Origin: Cycas panzhihuaensis
Taxonomy: Eukaryota; Plantae; Cycadophyta
Assembly (NCBI GenBank): GCA_023213395.1
Contig: CM041465.1
Span: forward strand, 95,983,741 to 96,047,740
Direction of reading: 5' to 3'
Length of the DNA stretch: 64,000 bases
This document shows positions 12,030 through 25,821 of the stretch, piece after piece. Position 1 is the stretch's first letter, and the number at the start of each line of letters is the position of its first letter. Below the pieces are notes generated by a model. It was not told the origin of the DNA. It was given only the letters and a program-made list of their open reading frames with translations, and searched no databases. The translations under genes were made by a program, and so were the position numbers.

Positions 12030-14570
12030 AACAAGTTACTTGGTCCTAAAACCTATACTACTTGAAAACATTACATGTTTAATTTCTTTTATTTAAATGA
12101 TATTTAGAAATATGTTGATAATTCTATAATAGGAAATTATGCAACTAAAATCACTATTTTTAAATCCAAGCTAAGCTTAGATGTTGACTTTAATATTAAA
12201 TATAAATCCAAAATAAAAATATTATATGGTTTTCTTAACATGTCAACTAATGAGAGTGTCATATTAAATATGAAGGGCATTACTATATTAAAGTAGATGT
12301 GGGATACAATTATCAACCTAAACAAGCACAAGAATAATGTGAGTGCCATAAACTTATGGAGTCAATTATATAATTTAAAGATGATATACACTATGTTAAA
12401 ACACATGCAAAATGTAAGTTTTACATAGGATCAACTAATGATAATAGGTAAGATCATACATAATTTAGAGATCATAGCCCATATTCTAAGGAAACTCCTA
12501 CTCTAGTATGAGAATTTCTTTACCATACTAACACTTTTTCAAAAACTATCCACTTTGATAATTATTTATTTGGATTCCTTGTTTATGAAAAATAAGCAAA
12601 AACTAAAGTAGATACATGGTGAATCATCTAGATCACTTGCGTCTAGATCAAAAGGGGAAAATCCTATATTCTAAAGAAGTATATACCCTCTAAGCCACCA
12701 ATTCAAAATAACAAACTAGGAGATTTAAAGGAAAAATATAGGCTAAAATATTATTATTATAAGAGGTTGGGATGTATCAAGAAGGATTATTAGGAATGAT
12801 AGTGATAACAACATTCTCAATAGCCTTAGTAGAAACCCTAATAACTAAAGTAGTAGCAACTATAACAACAACCATCTAGACAATATGATAACATCACAAA
12901 TATAGTAGAGAACACATCTACTAAGATTATAAAGCATCTATTTATTGCTACATATAAAATAAGTCTAATATGTAGATATTTGGTTTATTAATTTTGGTGC
13001 ATTAAGATACATGACTAAATTACCATATATGGGAAGTGAATCAGAAGATCATCATTGGGGCTAATATTGATATAGAGGCTACTAAAATTAAAAAGGTACT
13101 ACTCATTATGCCAAATTATGAATGATAATATTTGGATAATGTTTTATACGTTCCTAATATAAAGGTAAATCTTAATTCAGTGGGTAAAATTGAATAACAA
13201 AATATGATTATAACATTTACTTAAGGATAATGCATAGTTTAATAGAACTAAAATAAGATTGTAGTAAAAGGGTTTACAAATAATAATTTGTATAAATTAT
13301 AAGGAAACTCTGAAGTATAAAGAGCATTTTTTACTATATCTCCAAAATAGAAATTATGACATGAACAAATGAGTCATTTGCACTAATCAAGTCTCTAATT
13401 GATGCATAAGTTAAAAATGGTATATGGTCTTCCTTTGATAAATGTTAAAATTTATTTATGTGAACCCTGTATTTTTTTGAAGTGGCATAAGAGCCATTTT
13501 TTAAGAGGAAATCATTGAGAGCCGTAGAAAAGTTAGGATTGGCTCATTTAAATATCTATGGACTAGTGCCTATTATCTTGCTTAATGGAGTGAGATATTT
13601 CATCATTTTCATTCACAAATTTTCATGAAAAGTTTGGGGTTTTTTATTAAGGAAAACATTCCAAGACTTTAGTTGCTTTAAATAGTTTAAGAAATTTTTA
13701 GAGAATGAAAGTAGACACAAAATTAAGGTCTTATAAACTAATAATCATAACAAATATAGTTTATATGAGTTCATTAAATTCTATGAATTATTAAAAATAT
13801 ACACTCAAGACTATAACTCTAATACTAGGTTAAAAGCATATAACTAATTATATAATTAAGATTATGAACTATAAAGCTATATAGGTGAAATAATAAATGA
13901 ATAAATATGTATAGATATAGACAACATAACATACTTACTAGAAATTATCATCTTTAAATTATATTATAAAGAATCAAAATATATTTATAGATACACCACC
14001 TCATAGTTATATATTTATATATTAGGAGCCACTTGGTCAGGTAATGAACTTTTTACATGAAGTGTAAATACTATGACCCCCTAGTATACATTAAAGAGGA
14101 ATTGCATAAATTTAATAATAATATAGATTACGCATTACCTAATATAAAGATTATAAAATTAGGAGGTAGTTTTATACCACTTATATACTTTAGTAGAATG
14201 GAATTGTTAAATGGATGAATAGAACTTTGATTGAAAAAGCTAAGTCTATGATAAAAGGAAAGAATGTATCAATTTTTTTATGGGTAGATGTTGTGAATAT
14301 AAGTATATATCTAATGAAAAAAACACTAAAAGGGATATTAAGAATATAATACTAAAGGAAGCCTTATTAGATAAGAAGTTGAATATTTACCATTTGAGAG
14401 TTTTTGGGTGTATAATGTATATGTATACGTTTAAGAAAAATTGATGAAAGTTAAACAACTAAATCACAAAGTACATACTTATTGAATATTATAATGAAAG
14501 TAAAGCATATAGATTACATAAGTTATAGACCCAAAAAGTCCATATAACTTATGATGTAATCTTCCATGAG
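12030..14570 (+). pseudogene. Highly decayed Ty1/Copia gag-protease-integrase
   Basis: Decayed WFIDSGASRHM (~12981), LVHSDICGP-like (~13538), RTDN-like (~13733), YTP*QNG..ERMNRT-like (~14183), HLRVFGC (14391) and KAYRL...DVIFHE (~14502-14570). Confidence 0.8.
13789..14144. mobile_element. Probable solo LTR inserted in the Copia integrase
   Basis: Interrupts the reading EFIKF(C)E|D(H)(G)IRR*F. Termini TATTA...TAATA fit decayed TGTTA...TAACA. Imperfect TSD TGAAT/TAAAG. Confidence 0.55.
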
Positions 14571-14680
14571 TTTGGATGTTGAATATAAATTAGTGGGGGA
14601 AGAGGACATGTAGATCATGACCTTGGAGTGGGAATGAAGGGCATGTGGGACCCAAGCAAGGAAGGGCACAAGTATATGCT

Positions 14681-15731
14681 TGTGTATAGGCAAAATTACA
14701 TGCACAATTTTGAAAGAGAATTCTAAAATTTTATAATTTGTAAATGGATAAAGTCAAGCTACAAGTAGATTATCGTTAGATAATGAGAAGATCATAACTG
14801 AGGGAAGCAACTATGAGTAGATATTAGTTGGATTACGATTGTGAGTAGATCATGACTCGAGTCACGAGTATAAGTGGATCACAATAAGGGTCATGATTAT
14901 GAGCTAATCATAGTTGGTTGCAAGCAAATCATAACCTAGGACACAAGTACAATCCAATTATAGCTAGGGTTGAGAGTGTGAATTGATCACAATTTAGGTT
15001 GTGGTTGTGAGTTGATCACAGTTAGGGTCAAGAGTGTGAGCTAATTATAGTTCAAGTCATAATTACTAGCTAATCGCAGTTGGGATCAAGAGTATGATAT
15101 GATCACAGTCTAGGTATGGTTATGAGTTGATCATGATTTAGGTCATGGTTGCAAGTTGATTGTAGTTAGGGTTGAGAGTGCAAGCTAATCGCAATTCAAG
15201 TCATGGTTACAAGTTTATCATAGTTTGGGTCATGGTTATAAGTAGATCATAGTTGGATCACAGTTCGAGCCACAAGAACAAGTTGATTACAGTCAAGGTT
15301 GCAAGTGCAAGCATATTGCAAGTAGGATTATAAGTTGATCACAGTTTCAACATAATTATAAGCAGATTACAATTTATAACTACAATCCAATAGTAATCTA
15401 ATTGATGTAATGAGCCAACCGCTATTAATTTTCTTGGTTATAACTAGCGATGGTTGAAACTATTGGAATATTATAAATAAATAAGAATGGGATGATATGT
15501 ATATTTACATAGGATGTGAGGGTTAAGCACTATCTTGCAGAAGTCTTATTGTTATAGGCTTATTTAGCTAGTCAGTTTTATGTGTATCGTCAAGTCTGTC
15601 TTTGGTTGTGAGAGGACTAGATGCAGTTCCCTATCTCTAATAATATTATATTTTACATCATGATGAGTATTCATTATGCTTACCTTATTCATTGGTGAAT
15701 AATTTATAGATGAATAGGTGCACAACGCACA
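14681..15731 (+). repeat. Gypsy 5' LTR
   Basis: TGTGT...GCACA termini. Aligns along its length with 24240-25223. Confidence 0.9.
14760..15390 (+). repeat. 29-bp tandem array in the 5' LTR (~20 degenerate units)
   Basis: Example units: gatcacagttagggtcaagagtgtgagct, aattatagttcaagtcataattactagct, gatcatgatttaggtcatggttgcaagtt. Confidence 0.85.
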
Positions 15732-15732
15732 T

Positions 15733-15751
15733 TGGTTCTATTCCCTAAAAT
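15733..15751 (+). promoter_or_regulatory. Candidate non-Met PBS (possibly tRNA-Glu-like)
   Basis: TGGTTCTATTCCC starts 1 nt after the LTR end. It loosely resembles TGGTTCCGT(T/C)GCCGGG after decay. Confidence 0.35.
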
Positions 15752-16399
15752 GAAGTTAGGTGAATGAAAACGCCATAATGAGAAAAGTTAAGTAAACAAA
15801 TAGGACTTCTTCCATGCCACCTAGGGTAGAAAAAGAATCATGAAGAGAGCATTGGGATAACGATAAACTCTAGATGAGAGTAAGAAAGCCTAGATTTATA
15901 ATCATGCCAAGGAAGTAAGTGAAGAGGCAACCACTTGCTAACTCGATTGGAAAGAGAAAATCAAGCATAGAAGGAGAAAGGAAAATAGAAATAGAAATAA
16001 GTAGAGAGTATATCAAAGAAAAGATGATATAGATTATGGATAACCAAGGGTATTCATTAGAAGAGGATCCTATTAAAATAGAAGTCTAAAGAGAAAAGGT
16101 AAGAACTTGTTGAAGATTTACCATCTCAAGAAGGTAATAATAGTTCAATTGAATTAGAATTATATAGTACAATAGATAGGGAGTGGAACCATCATTAGTT
16201 AGAAGTTATAAACCCTTTGATTCATATTTTAAATCCTCTTTTTAGGTCAATAATAATAAGTCTAGGGGGGAGTGCATGAGGTAGAAACCCACCACGAGGG
16301 GGTGGAGGCCCATCATTAAACTAGTCATTTTTTAACAATGTAGGAGGAAGTGGTAATCGGCCATTAAGTAGGATGGGCCAAGGGAGTAGAGTAAGACTG

Positions 16400-19300
16400 G
16401 TTAGACCTTATATTATTATATAAAATGATTTAGACTTTTCAAGTATATAATTGTACAAATCCACTGAGCTAGGGGACCATTTAAGATTATTTAAAATTTT
16501 GCTAAAAATAAAGAAAGTCACGGACCTAGAGGAGATAAAAGCTTAATTATTTTTCTACATTGTAGGGAATAATAATTACATGGTTCCTTTATATCACAAT
16601 ATATAATTTATCATGGGAAAGATTATAAGATCAATTTTTAGATTGATTCTAAGAATTAAGGGATCCTATGGCCCCCTTTAAGCCTTAGAGGAATTAAAGT
16701 AATACCTTAGATAGTCTATAAATGATTTTAATGGTCAAATAAGCATAATAATAAACAAGATGTAACTAACAATGGTAATCAACCAGATGTTAGTAATGAA
16801 ATATTTTATTCAAGGCTTAATCCCATAATTAATGGATAAAGTTATGTTGCACTCGATGAATAACTATGAATAAGTATGTGAGTTAGCCCTGAAGTTTGAA
16901 AATCAAATAAAGGCTATGTACTCTCAATGGGCAATTTAACAAATGGAATAAATAGATCTAGCTTTTTCCCAAACATCATTAGGAGTGCAGACATAGGGAA
17001 CATATAATCAAACACCCCAGATGGGAATGGATTTAGAGATTGAATCACTAAAAAAAGAGATAGAAGCATTGAGACAACAACTGTCAATATTAATGCTTAC
17101 TAACATGTACCAAAATCAAGAAATAGAAAGTTTATATGTAGAATTAGTTAGGTTATATTTAGAAAAGTTGTGAGACAATATGTGGTACCCCCCACCATGC
17201 AACCAGTAAGGCCATCTAAGAAATAAACATAATAAAGTGGTAATGTGGTGTGAATATTATAGAAAAACTAACCATAATATGTGGGAATATTTTTCTTGAC
17301 CCGAAAATGATATCCACATTGTATTCCTACAAAAGACGAAGAAGTCAAAAAAATAATATGAAGGAAATACAAAGCTAGTCCATTATTTTTTATGCTAAAG
17401 ATGGGGGCATTTTAGATCAGACTACTCATTAGAGAAAAAAGGTCATGAATTTATTTGTAAAGAACATTGACCAGCAGATCGTGAGTGGACAAAGTATTTA
17501 AAATATAAATCATAGAATATTAATTTGGTTGTGATTATCCTAGATAAGGAGGTGCCTCTTCAAATGCCTATCCAAGACACATTTTCAGATATGGTTGTAG
17601 AAAACCAAAGACTTTAAGAAGCTTTTAAGATTCTACAAGATGCAATGGGTGAAATTCAGCAAGAAGACTTCTAGCATGAGGGGTGATTTAAGGGATAGAC
17701 ATACAAGTGATAATCAACCTCTAAAAAACTCCATCCAAAAGAAGGTATAAATCCATAGAAAAAACTTCAAATTGTTAAGGATTTACTAATTGAATTAGGA
17801 GTCTTAATCCATATTACTACTGTATTTAAATAGTGGGAGACTGGTTATTTTCAATAATTAATTTTAGACTAGATAGAAAAGCCTATGATGAAAGTTGTCA
17901 AAGATAAAGTGATCAACTCAAGGCTAACAATGGTCATTTTTAGGATAATACTATGTAAAATAATCATGGATAGGGGATTAGGAGTTAATATACTAGCTAA
18001 ATCTTCTTGGATAGAATTAACAAAGCCAAAAATGGTTGCCCTAGATTATTCAATAAGATTGGCCAACAAATTATAGGTTAGACCAATGGGAATATTGATA
18101 AATATATCAATCACAGTTATAGGAATCACTATCTTATTAGACTTTATGGTAGTACAGATATAAAATGAAAAGAAAACTTATCTAACATTTCTAGGCAAAC
18201 CATGGATATTAAACACAAAGGTTATTTAAGATTTGGGAGAATTCTCATTTACATTAAAGGCAAGAAACAAAGTTATGACCCTATCACTATGCTTAGATGG
18301 GTCTCATATTAAAAAAATAGTAGATGACGAATGAGCATCATCTATAACTATGAAATCAAAAACCACTGTAAGCCCATATTCATAAATTTCATATCAATTA
18401 CAACCAACCCTACCAAGTAGTGCATCATTGATATATATGATGAATTGGCTGTAAAATGCCTTGGGTGAAATAGAATTTGCTTCATATTATAAACTAGAAG
18501 TATGTATAGTCCCTCCAAAACCAAAAGATTAAGTAATTTCAAATGATGAAGTAGTGATTCTTCAAACAGAAGAAATTATGTGGAACTTGAAAGAAAGTTT
18601 CATAAATGGAAACAAATTATGGGGTTAAGTAAACCAAGCAAATAATCATATAGAATATTATACTTAATTATTAAATGAATAATAATCAGCATGAAGACTT
18701 CTATTACTTGTTTCCATTGTCTCTTGAGGGTCAAGTTGCCATATGGTTTTCTATTTATGGTAGTGATTTCAAATCATGGAATGAATAGTGTAAAAGAAAT
18801 TTATTAAGGCTTCAAAAACAAGACAATGAATTATTGACATTTCGACATAATAATAATCCCATAGCTTATATAAAGAATTATGAATAAATCTGGAAAAGAA
18901 AGCAAGTTTCAAAAGTTGAATGGGTGTAAAGTTGGACTTAGACTCTTAAGGAAATCTCAAGTCTATGATACAATTAGTGTGAAAAATGAAGATGACAAAT
19001 TGGGATTTGCTTAGTAAGGAATTTTGTAAACTTTTATGTACCATATCCATGATTCATGAGTTCTAGAAATGTTGAGTGCTTATTGGATCAAGGTCAAGCA
19101 AAGTTGTAATCAAATTGAAGTAGTAGATAATGATCACAAATTTCTTGGTGAATATTCTAGTATGGAATATGGAAGTCAAGTAATCAACCAAAGACCAGTA
19201 TATAGGTTGAATAAAGATGGTAGAATGGTACAAAATGAATAATTAAAAATTTAATAGATAAATTTAGGCACGAAAGAATACCCCTATATGATCTTGATGG

Positions 19301-21990
19301 GAGATTATTGGGACAAGGATACTATCTAATAAGCTATAATTTTATTTTTACAATATAAAGAAATTTTTGCCTTATCTTATTAAGATTTAAAAGGGAAACA
19401 TGAGATTGAATTGATAGAGTGAGCAAAGCCCATATGACAATGGCCTTATCAAATGAATCCAAAATATAAAGAAAAGGTAAAAGTTGAACTAGACAAACTA
19501 CTAAAGGTTGACTAAGTCTTTGAAGTTAAAACTAGCAAATGGGTGAGTCTAGTAGGCGTGGTACTTAAAAAGAATAAAAAACTTCATGTCTAGGTAGATT
19601 ATAGAGCCCTCAATAAAGCAATAAAGAAGGATCCATCTCCAATACTATTCACTAAAGATATTCTTGAAAAGGTAGCTAGACATAAAGTATATTCATTCAC
19701 ATATGACTTCAGTGAATATGATCAAGTGGGAATTGCAATTGAAGACCAATTGAAGATGAATTTTGTTATGGAGTAGGGGACTTATGCATACAAAGTTATG
19801 CCCTTTAAATTGACAAATTCACTGACTACCTTTTGAAGGATAATTCTAAATATTTTTCAATAGGCAATCAATAAGTTAATTGAAGTATTTTTAGATGATT
19901 AGATAGTTTATTCATTATTGAAGGAGTACTTGATGAACTTGTGATTGATGCTAGAAATGGATCATAATACTTGAATCTAGCAAAATATATATTTTTTGTT
20001 CCTTTTGGATCTTTATTGCATTACATTGTGAGTGAGGAAGGATTATAAATAGATCTAGATAAAGTAATAATTATTTTAAATTTTTCTGTACTGAATATAA
20101 TGAAGCAGGTAAAATATTTTCTTAGTATGATAAGTTATTATCAAAATTTCATTAAGGGATATATACAGATTACAAACCCTTTGGAGAATTTACTTAAGAA
20201 GAAAATTATGATTAGCTTGGGTAATAATTGGCATTAGAATTATTAAAGAAGAAAATAAAAAATCTCCAATTTTGAGATTTCTATATTGAGACTAGCTATT
20301 TCATATATATGTTGATGCTTCATTGATTATAATTGGATGCATCTTAACTTAACCAGGTGATAGTAATATAGATTTTTCTATTTATTTTACTAGTAGAAAA
20401 TTAATGCACACTAAGTGAGATTACTCAATTAGTAAACAAGAAGACTTAGGCATGGTTTATTCCTTACAAAAATTTAGGTATTATTTATTAGCTAACCCAT
20501 TTATCTTCTATGTAGATCACTAAGATTTAAAATATTTAATAAGTAAACCCATTTTGTAGGGCAAGATCAATAGATGGTTGATGTTTTTATAAGAGTTTAA
20601 TTTTAAAATTGTGGTCAAGAAAGGAGAAAAACATACTGCACCTAATGTATTATCAAGGGAAACATATGGAAACTAGTTATGGGAGTAATAGATGACTTCC
20701 TTGATGTTTAATTATTTTCTATATAGGTCATACCAAAATGGTACAAAGGGATTGCAGAGTACTTGGTTACTAGACAAACACCTAAAGAATTAGAATGGGT
20801 GGAAAGGCGAAGCTTTATTTATAAAACCTTTCCCTTCCAATTGATACGAGGAATGTTATATAAGCTTGACCTGAATGGCATGTTAAGATGTTGTATACTA
20901 TAATATGAAGTACAAGACATTCTATAAGAAGCTCATAAAGGAGTCACAACCAAACATCAAGGCATGAAACCCACAGTCTAAAAAATTTTATTAGGAAGTT
21001 TTTAGTGGTCATCAATATTTGAAGATACTATGAAATGGATAAAGAGTTGTGATGTTTTCTAGCAAGTGGGTAAACTTGGAAAATGTCATTTTATGACCTT
21101 ACATTTGATTCTGGTACAAGCACCCTTAGAGAAATGGAGATTGGATTTTATCATATAGATAAACCCTCTTATAAAGCAGATGAATGCCTAATGCATACTG
21201 GTGACCATTGATTTCTTTATAAAATAAATAGAATCCTGACCCCTTAGGCATTGTGATGCTATAAGTACCACAAAATTCTTGTATAAAAAATATTATTATC
21301 TATTTTAGTTGTCCATTAGAACTAGTACCAGACTAGGATAGTAGTTTTTTAAATATTACCATTAAGCATTTGACTAATAAATTCATGATCTAACATTATC
21401 AATCTTCTCTCTATTACCCCGGAGTTAATGGCTAGGTGGAGAGTAGTAACAAAATTTTAAAAATAGATCTATCTAAGATTTGTAGTCAAGGTAGAATAGA
21501 TTGAGTAGAATGATTAGATTCTATCCTTTGGGAAAATTAAATAATGATTAAATTATTACATAAACAAACACCTTTTTAGTTGGTTTATGGTTTAGAAGTG
21601 GTACTTCCATTGGAATTTCAAGTAGAAAGCTTTTGGGTAGCCATCTAGCTATGGATGAATGAATGAGATTCATGGAATGAGAGGATTATGGTGTTGTTGA
21701 AACTAAATAAAGAAAGAGCATGAGTATTATGGGAATTGAAATATGAGAAAAAATAATAAAAAGCCTAACATGATCAACACCTATAAGTACTAGAATTTTA
21801 TGAGGGTGACTTGGTGTTTATGTATGATAGTAAATTTTAGATAAAACTAGGTAAATTAAAATTATACAAGATAGGTACATAAAAGATAATTTATATTAGC
21901 AAGAATGGGGCAATCCAACTTGGATAACTTGATGGTAAAATTCTTTTGAAGATGGTAAATAGTAGTAGGTTGAAGCCATACATGGTGAGA
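16400..21990 (+). pseudogene. Gypsy gag-pol, heavily disrupted
   Basis: Zinc-knuckle remnants at 17246-17500, protease IIMDRGLGVNIL (~17960), RT VDYRALNK (~19594) and VFLDD (~19885), RNase H FHIYVDAS (~20299), integrase H..H/C..C (~20930-21060) and EKW(G)LDFI (~21130). Confidence 0.88.
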
Positions 21991-22405
21991 TTAAAGAAAA
22001 AAATTGTTGAAAAACATATAGTAGTAATTGTTTCCATCATCAAAAGATAAACCTATGAAGAGGGTGTGATTAGCAATAATTAATATTCTAATCAATGATA
22101 AAAATTAAGGCATAATTACCTCCTCTTTAAAAGATAGACCTACGATAAAGTAATTAATGCAATGTGTGGCACTGAATCTAAAAAGGATATGGAGGTGATT
22201 ATTTTTAAGAACAAGCCAATCATAATCTATAAGGATTATCTTTCCATGATTGTGATAAGACAGGAAGGAGTCACATGCATTAATATGATAGTTACAAACT
22301 AATTCTTTTTTAGGATTGATGTTAATTACATTATATAAATAAACAAATGGCATAAACATTCCTAAGTAAGTAAGGTGGAAAGAAGAAGCACAAAAATGGT
22401 AATAA

Positions 22406-24120
22406 ATGGTAGTTACCTTTAGAGAATCATATGATGACTAGATAAGAAAACAATGGTAGGAAATAAAACCTGAGGAAGAATATAAAAAGAGGTTGATAGC
22501 CACGGGATTGAACCAATATGTATTGCTTGGCATTCTTCCAAATATATATAGTTTTCTATCAACAGCAATTATGATAATGTCACAATAGTCATCCCTCCTA
22601 TATGTTTTGGTAGAAGCAATTACAAGTGTAACAGGACTGCCCAATGAAGGACCAATCATTTCCAAGGATAAGCAGATATCTACAAAATAAGCAACATATG
22701 AAATTAGGGCAAAGGAATATGATGTTTCCACTTTAGGAATTCAGATTTCAAGAATTTCATCTAAGAAAATATAGTGGATATCTCATTTCCTATTTACAAG
22801 AGTAATTTTAGGGTAGAAGAATTTATTTGTACCCACTCAATTATGTATTATGTTAATTAAGGTTATAAAAGGTCAAATTTTCAACTAAGTTAGGTTTGTA
22901 TCTGGTCAATTTCTAAGAAATTTAGAAGTTATAAAAGGTGCTTCATAGTCTGTCTTATTTTTTTATCCTACTCTATTTTAAGGTTTATTATTCTCACAGT
23001 GTCTAGGAATTCAACTTTTAGAGGTTGAGGAAGGACAACCTCTACTAACAAAATGGACAAAATTATTTTCAAGAGAGCATGGTTGAGGTTCTTTGACATT
23101 AACTAAGCTACATGAATAGGTTAGTAACTAGCTCTATCTATAATAGTAGGCAAACACTCCCCAGTTATGTCCAGTGAAAGAGGAAAAGATAAAAGAGAAA
23201 CCATGAGTAGAGGCAACCTCATAAACTTGAGTAAGGACACAAAATTAGAAGAGAAAATAGGAAGAGAATAAGAAAGCAAAAATAAGAGAAGGGAAATGAA
23301 AGGTAGAGGAGGAACCTACCTCAGGTAAGGAGGGAATGGAATAATTAGAGAAAAAGGTAAGAACAGTTGAATTATTGAAATATAAAGAAGAGGAGAAATA
23401 GAGAAAGAGAAAATTAGTAACAGAGAAAAGATGACAAGAAATTTTAAAAGTGTTAAATAATCAAACACCAGAGATAGAATTTAATTAATCAAAGGAGTTT
23501 TTAGAAGAAGGCCTAGACCCAATGAGCTATGATTCATAAAATGTCTCTCAATAGAATACTTTCTTCTTAGCAGGGGTAATAAGGCAACCCCTGGTGGAGA
23601 TGGAACAAAGGAACAAAAGACCTTTGCCAGACATGCAAAGGATTCAAAATCTTGAAGAAAAGCTAGAAGCAACAAAATCTCACTTAGGGCTTTTAAAGAA
23701 ATATATTTTAACTTGGGTGAAAAATACTAATGAGATTACCCCCAAAGTTTAAGTTTTTAAAGATTGCTTCCATCAGGAAATTCCCCTAAGATTACACGAA
23801 GTAAATTATAAGTTGGGTGTATGAGTACTTGAGATAGAGGAAGATTTAGAACATATGACTAAATTCTAGACCAAGATATATCACTTATGGCAAGAGTTGT
23901 CAAGGATGAAATAGATGTATAATGAGGTGATGAAAGAGATTTAAAAGTTACACAAGGAAGAAAAACTGGCATTGGCATAATTAGATGTATTAACAAATCT
24001 TATGATTCTTGTGGACCATTCTTGGTCACAAGGAGTTCAAATTCTGCCAACTATTATAAGACCAAACATAAATTATATTTAGTAAGAAATAAATAAATTA
24101 CACAAGGAGTTAAATGATAT
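22406..24120 (+). pseudogene. Decayed extra ORF downstream of integrase (plant-mobile-domain/env-like N-part, charged coiled-coil-like C-part)
   Basis: A single frame from ATG 22406 contains EAITSVTGLPNEG (22613-22651) and GQIFN*VRFV (22871-). An E/K/R-rich stretch follows at 23170-23480. Confidence 0.6.
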
Positions 24121-24239
24121 ATAAACAAATGATTATTATTTTTTTTTTTTGGGGGGGGAGGGGGGAGGAATAGGTGAAAGAAAAAAAAAAATCTTTTTCA
24201 AACAAGTAAAGGCACTTGTTGGTTTTGTGATAGGGGAGA

Positions 24240-25223
24240 TATGTGCAGATAAAATTGCACACATAGTTTTGAGAAAGAATTCTAAAATTTATAGGTTATA
24301 AATAGATGAAGTTAGGCTATGAGTAGATTATAGTCAAGTAATAAGCAGATCATAGACAGGGGAAGCAATTGCAAGTAGATAGTAGTTGGATTGTAATTAT
24401 GACTAGATTGTAACTCGAGTCATGAGTACGAGTGGATCACAATTAGGGTCATGATTATGAGCTAATTATAGTTGGTTGTAAATAGATCATAGTCTAGGAT
24501 GCGAGTACAAGTCAATCACAGTTACGATCAAGAGTGTAAGTTGATTGTAGTTTAGGTCACAATTATAAATTGATGATAATTGGGGTCAAAAGTGCAAGCT
24601 GGTCATAGTTCAGGTCATGGTAGCAAGCCAATCATAGTTTGGGTCATGGTTGCAAGCTAATCATAATTGAGGTCGAGAGTGTAATATGTTCATGGTTTAG
24701 GTAGTGATTGTAAGCTAATCACAGTTTGGATAATGGTTACAAGTATATCGTAGTTGGATCATAGTTTAGGCTACAAGAATAAGCTAATCACAATTAAGGT
24801 TACAAGTATGAGTAGATCGCAAGTAGGATTGCTAGCCATTCATAGTTTGAATATAATTACAAGTAGATCATAATTTAGGACTACAATCTAATAGTAATCT
24901 AATTAATCAATCATTATTAGTTGTTCTTGGTTGTAACCAATGGTGGTTGAAACTATTGGAATATTATAAATAAATAAGATGGGATGACATGTAATGTACA
25001 TGGGATGGGAGGGGTTGCGCATTATCTTTCATAAGTCTCATTATTATAGGCTTATTTGGCTAGTCACCTTTTTATGTATCATTGGGTCTATGTCTAGTTG
25101 TGAGAGGACTAGACGTAGTTCCCTATCTCTAATGATATTACGTTTTGCATCATGATGAGTGTTTCTTATGCTTGTCTTATTTACTAGTGAATGATTTATA
25201 GATGAATAGGTGCATGGCACATA
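24240..25223 (+). repeat. Gypsy 3' LTR (contains the 29-bp array at ~24318-24890)
   Basis: Homologous to 14681-15731. Termini have decayed to TA...TA. About 67 bp shorter than the 5' LTR. Confidence 0.9.
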
Positions 25224-25821
25224 ATTTCCCTCATAAGGGCACTTATCCATCTCTTGTATATAGATATGAGGATGATGGATATAGTCCTTGACCAACTAGG
25301 CTAATAGCAACATACAAGTATACGGAGTATGTTAGGAGAAGAAAATTAAAAAAAAAAACTAATACTAATTATAAAAAATCAATAAAAGAAAAAGTAGTAG
25401 AGTGAAAATAGGTAAATGAAGTAGTCATACATTAACTAAGGAAGGTAAGCTAAAAGTGAACTAATAATAGCTTGAGATAAAATTAATCAAATTATAGTAA
25501 GTATCCTTAGGAGGACTAATCAACACACTAAAATCTCTCATAGTGCAAAGGAGTCAATTTAGTACAAGTTCCCATAACTCCTACATCACTATGTACCTAT
25601 CTTATATAATTAAACCTTTTAATCTAACTAACCTATCCCAACCCAGACTCCTACTTGACTTAAATATGATAGACTTGATCTATAGAGACAAGGAAAGGAC
25701 CACCTAAAATGAGAGGTCTAAAGGAATCAAGACTATAAGATAGATCTACTTATAAAGAAGCTAGTATAGACTCATTAATACTAATGATGGCTCTCACATA
25801 AATGTAAGAGTGGCCTAGTAG

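Larger units (their letters stand above)
14681..25223 (+). mobile_element. Full-length Ty3/Gypsy element, non-chromovirus (Athila/Tat/Phygy-like) type, with extra 3' ORF
   Basis: Two homologous LTRs, a PPT (AGGGGAGA) before the 3' LTR, and gag-PR-RT-RH-INT order. The TSD is only weakly conserved (ATGCT/ATTTC). Confidence 0.9.

Noticed and set aside
14760-15390. CRISPR-like appearance of the periodic array
   Set aside because: The units are contiguous degenerate 29-mers with no unique spacers and no cas genes, and the array is duplicated as part of an LTR pair.
24140-24191. Poly-T/poly-G/poly-A tract as a G-quadruplex element
   Set aside because: Homopolymer runs are common here (also 4228-4246 and 43902-43916) and may reflect slippage or sequencing error. 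There is no evidence of function.
14577-25311. Solo LTR (TGTTG at 14577 to GCAACA at 25311) as the Gypsy insertion target
   Set aside because: The flanks TTGGA and TACAA do not form a TSD. The origin of 25224-25821 and 31064-33700 remains unresolved.
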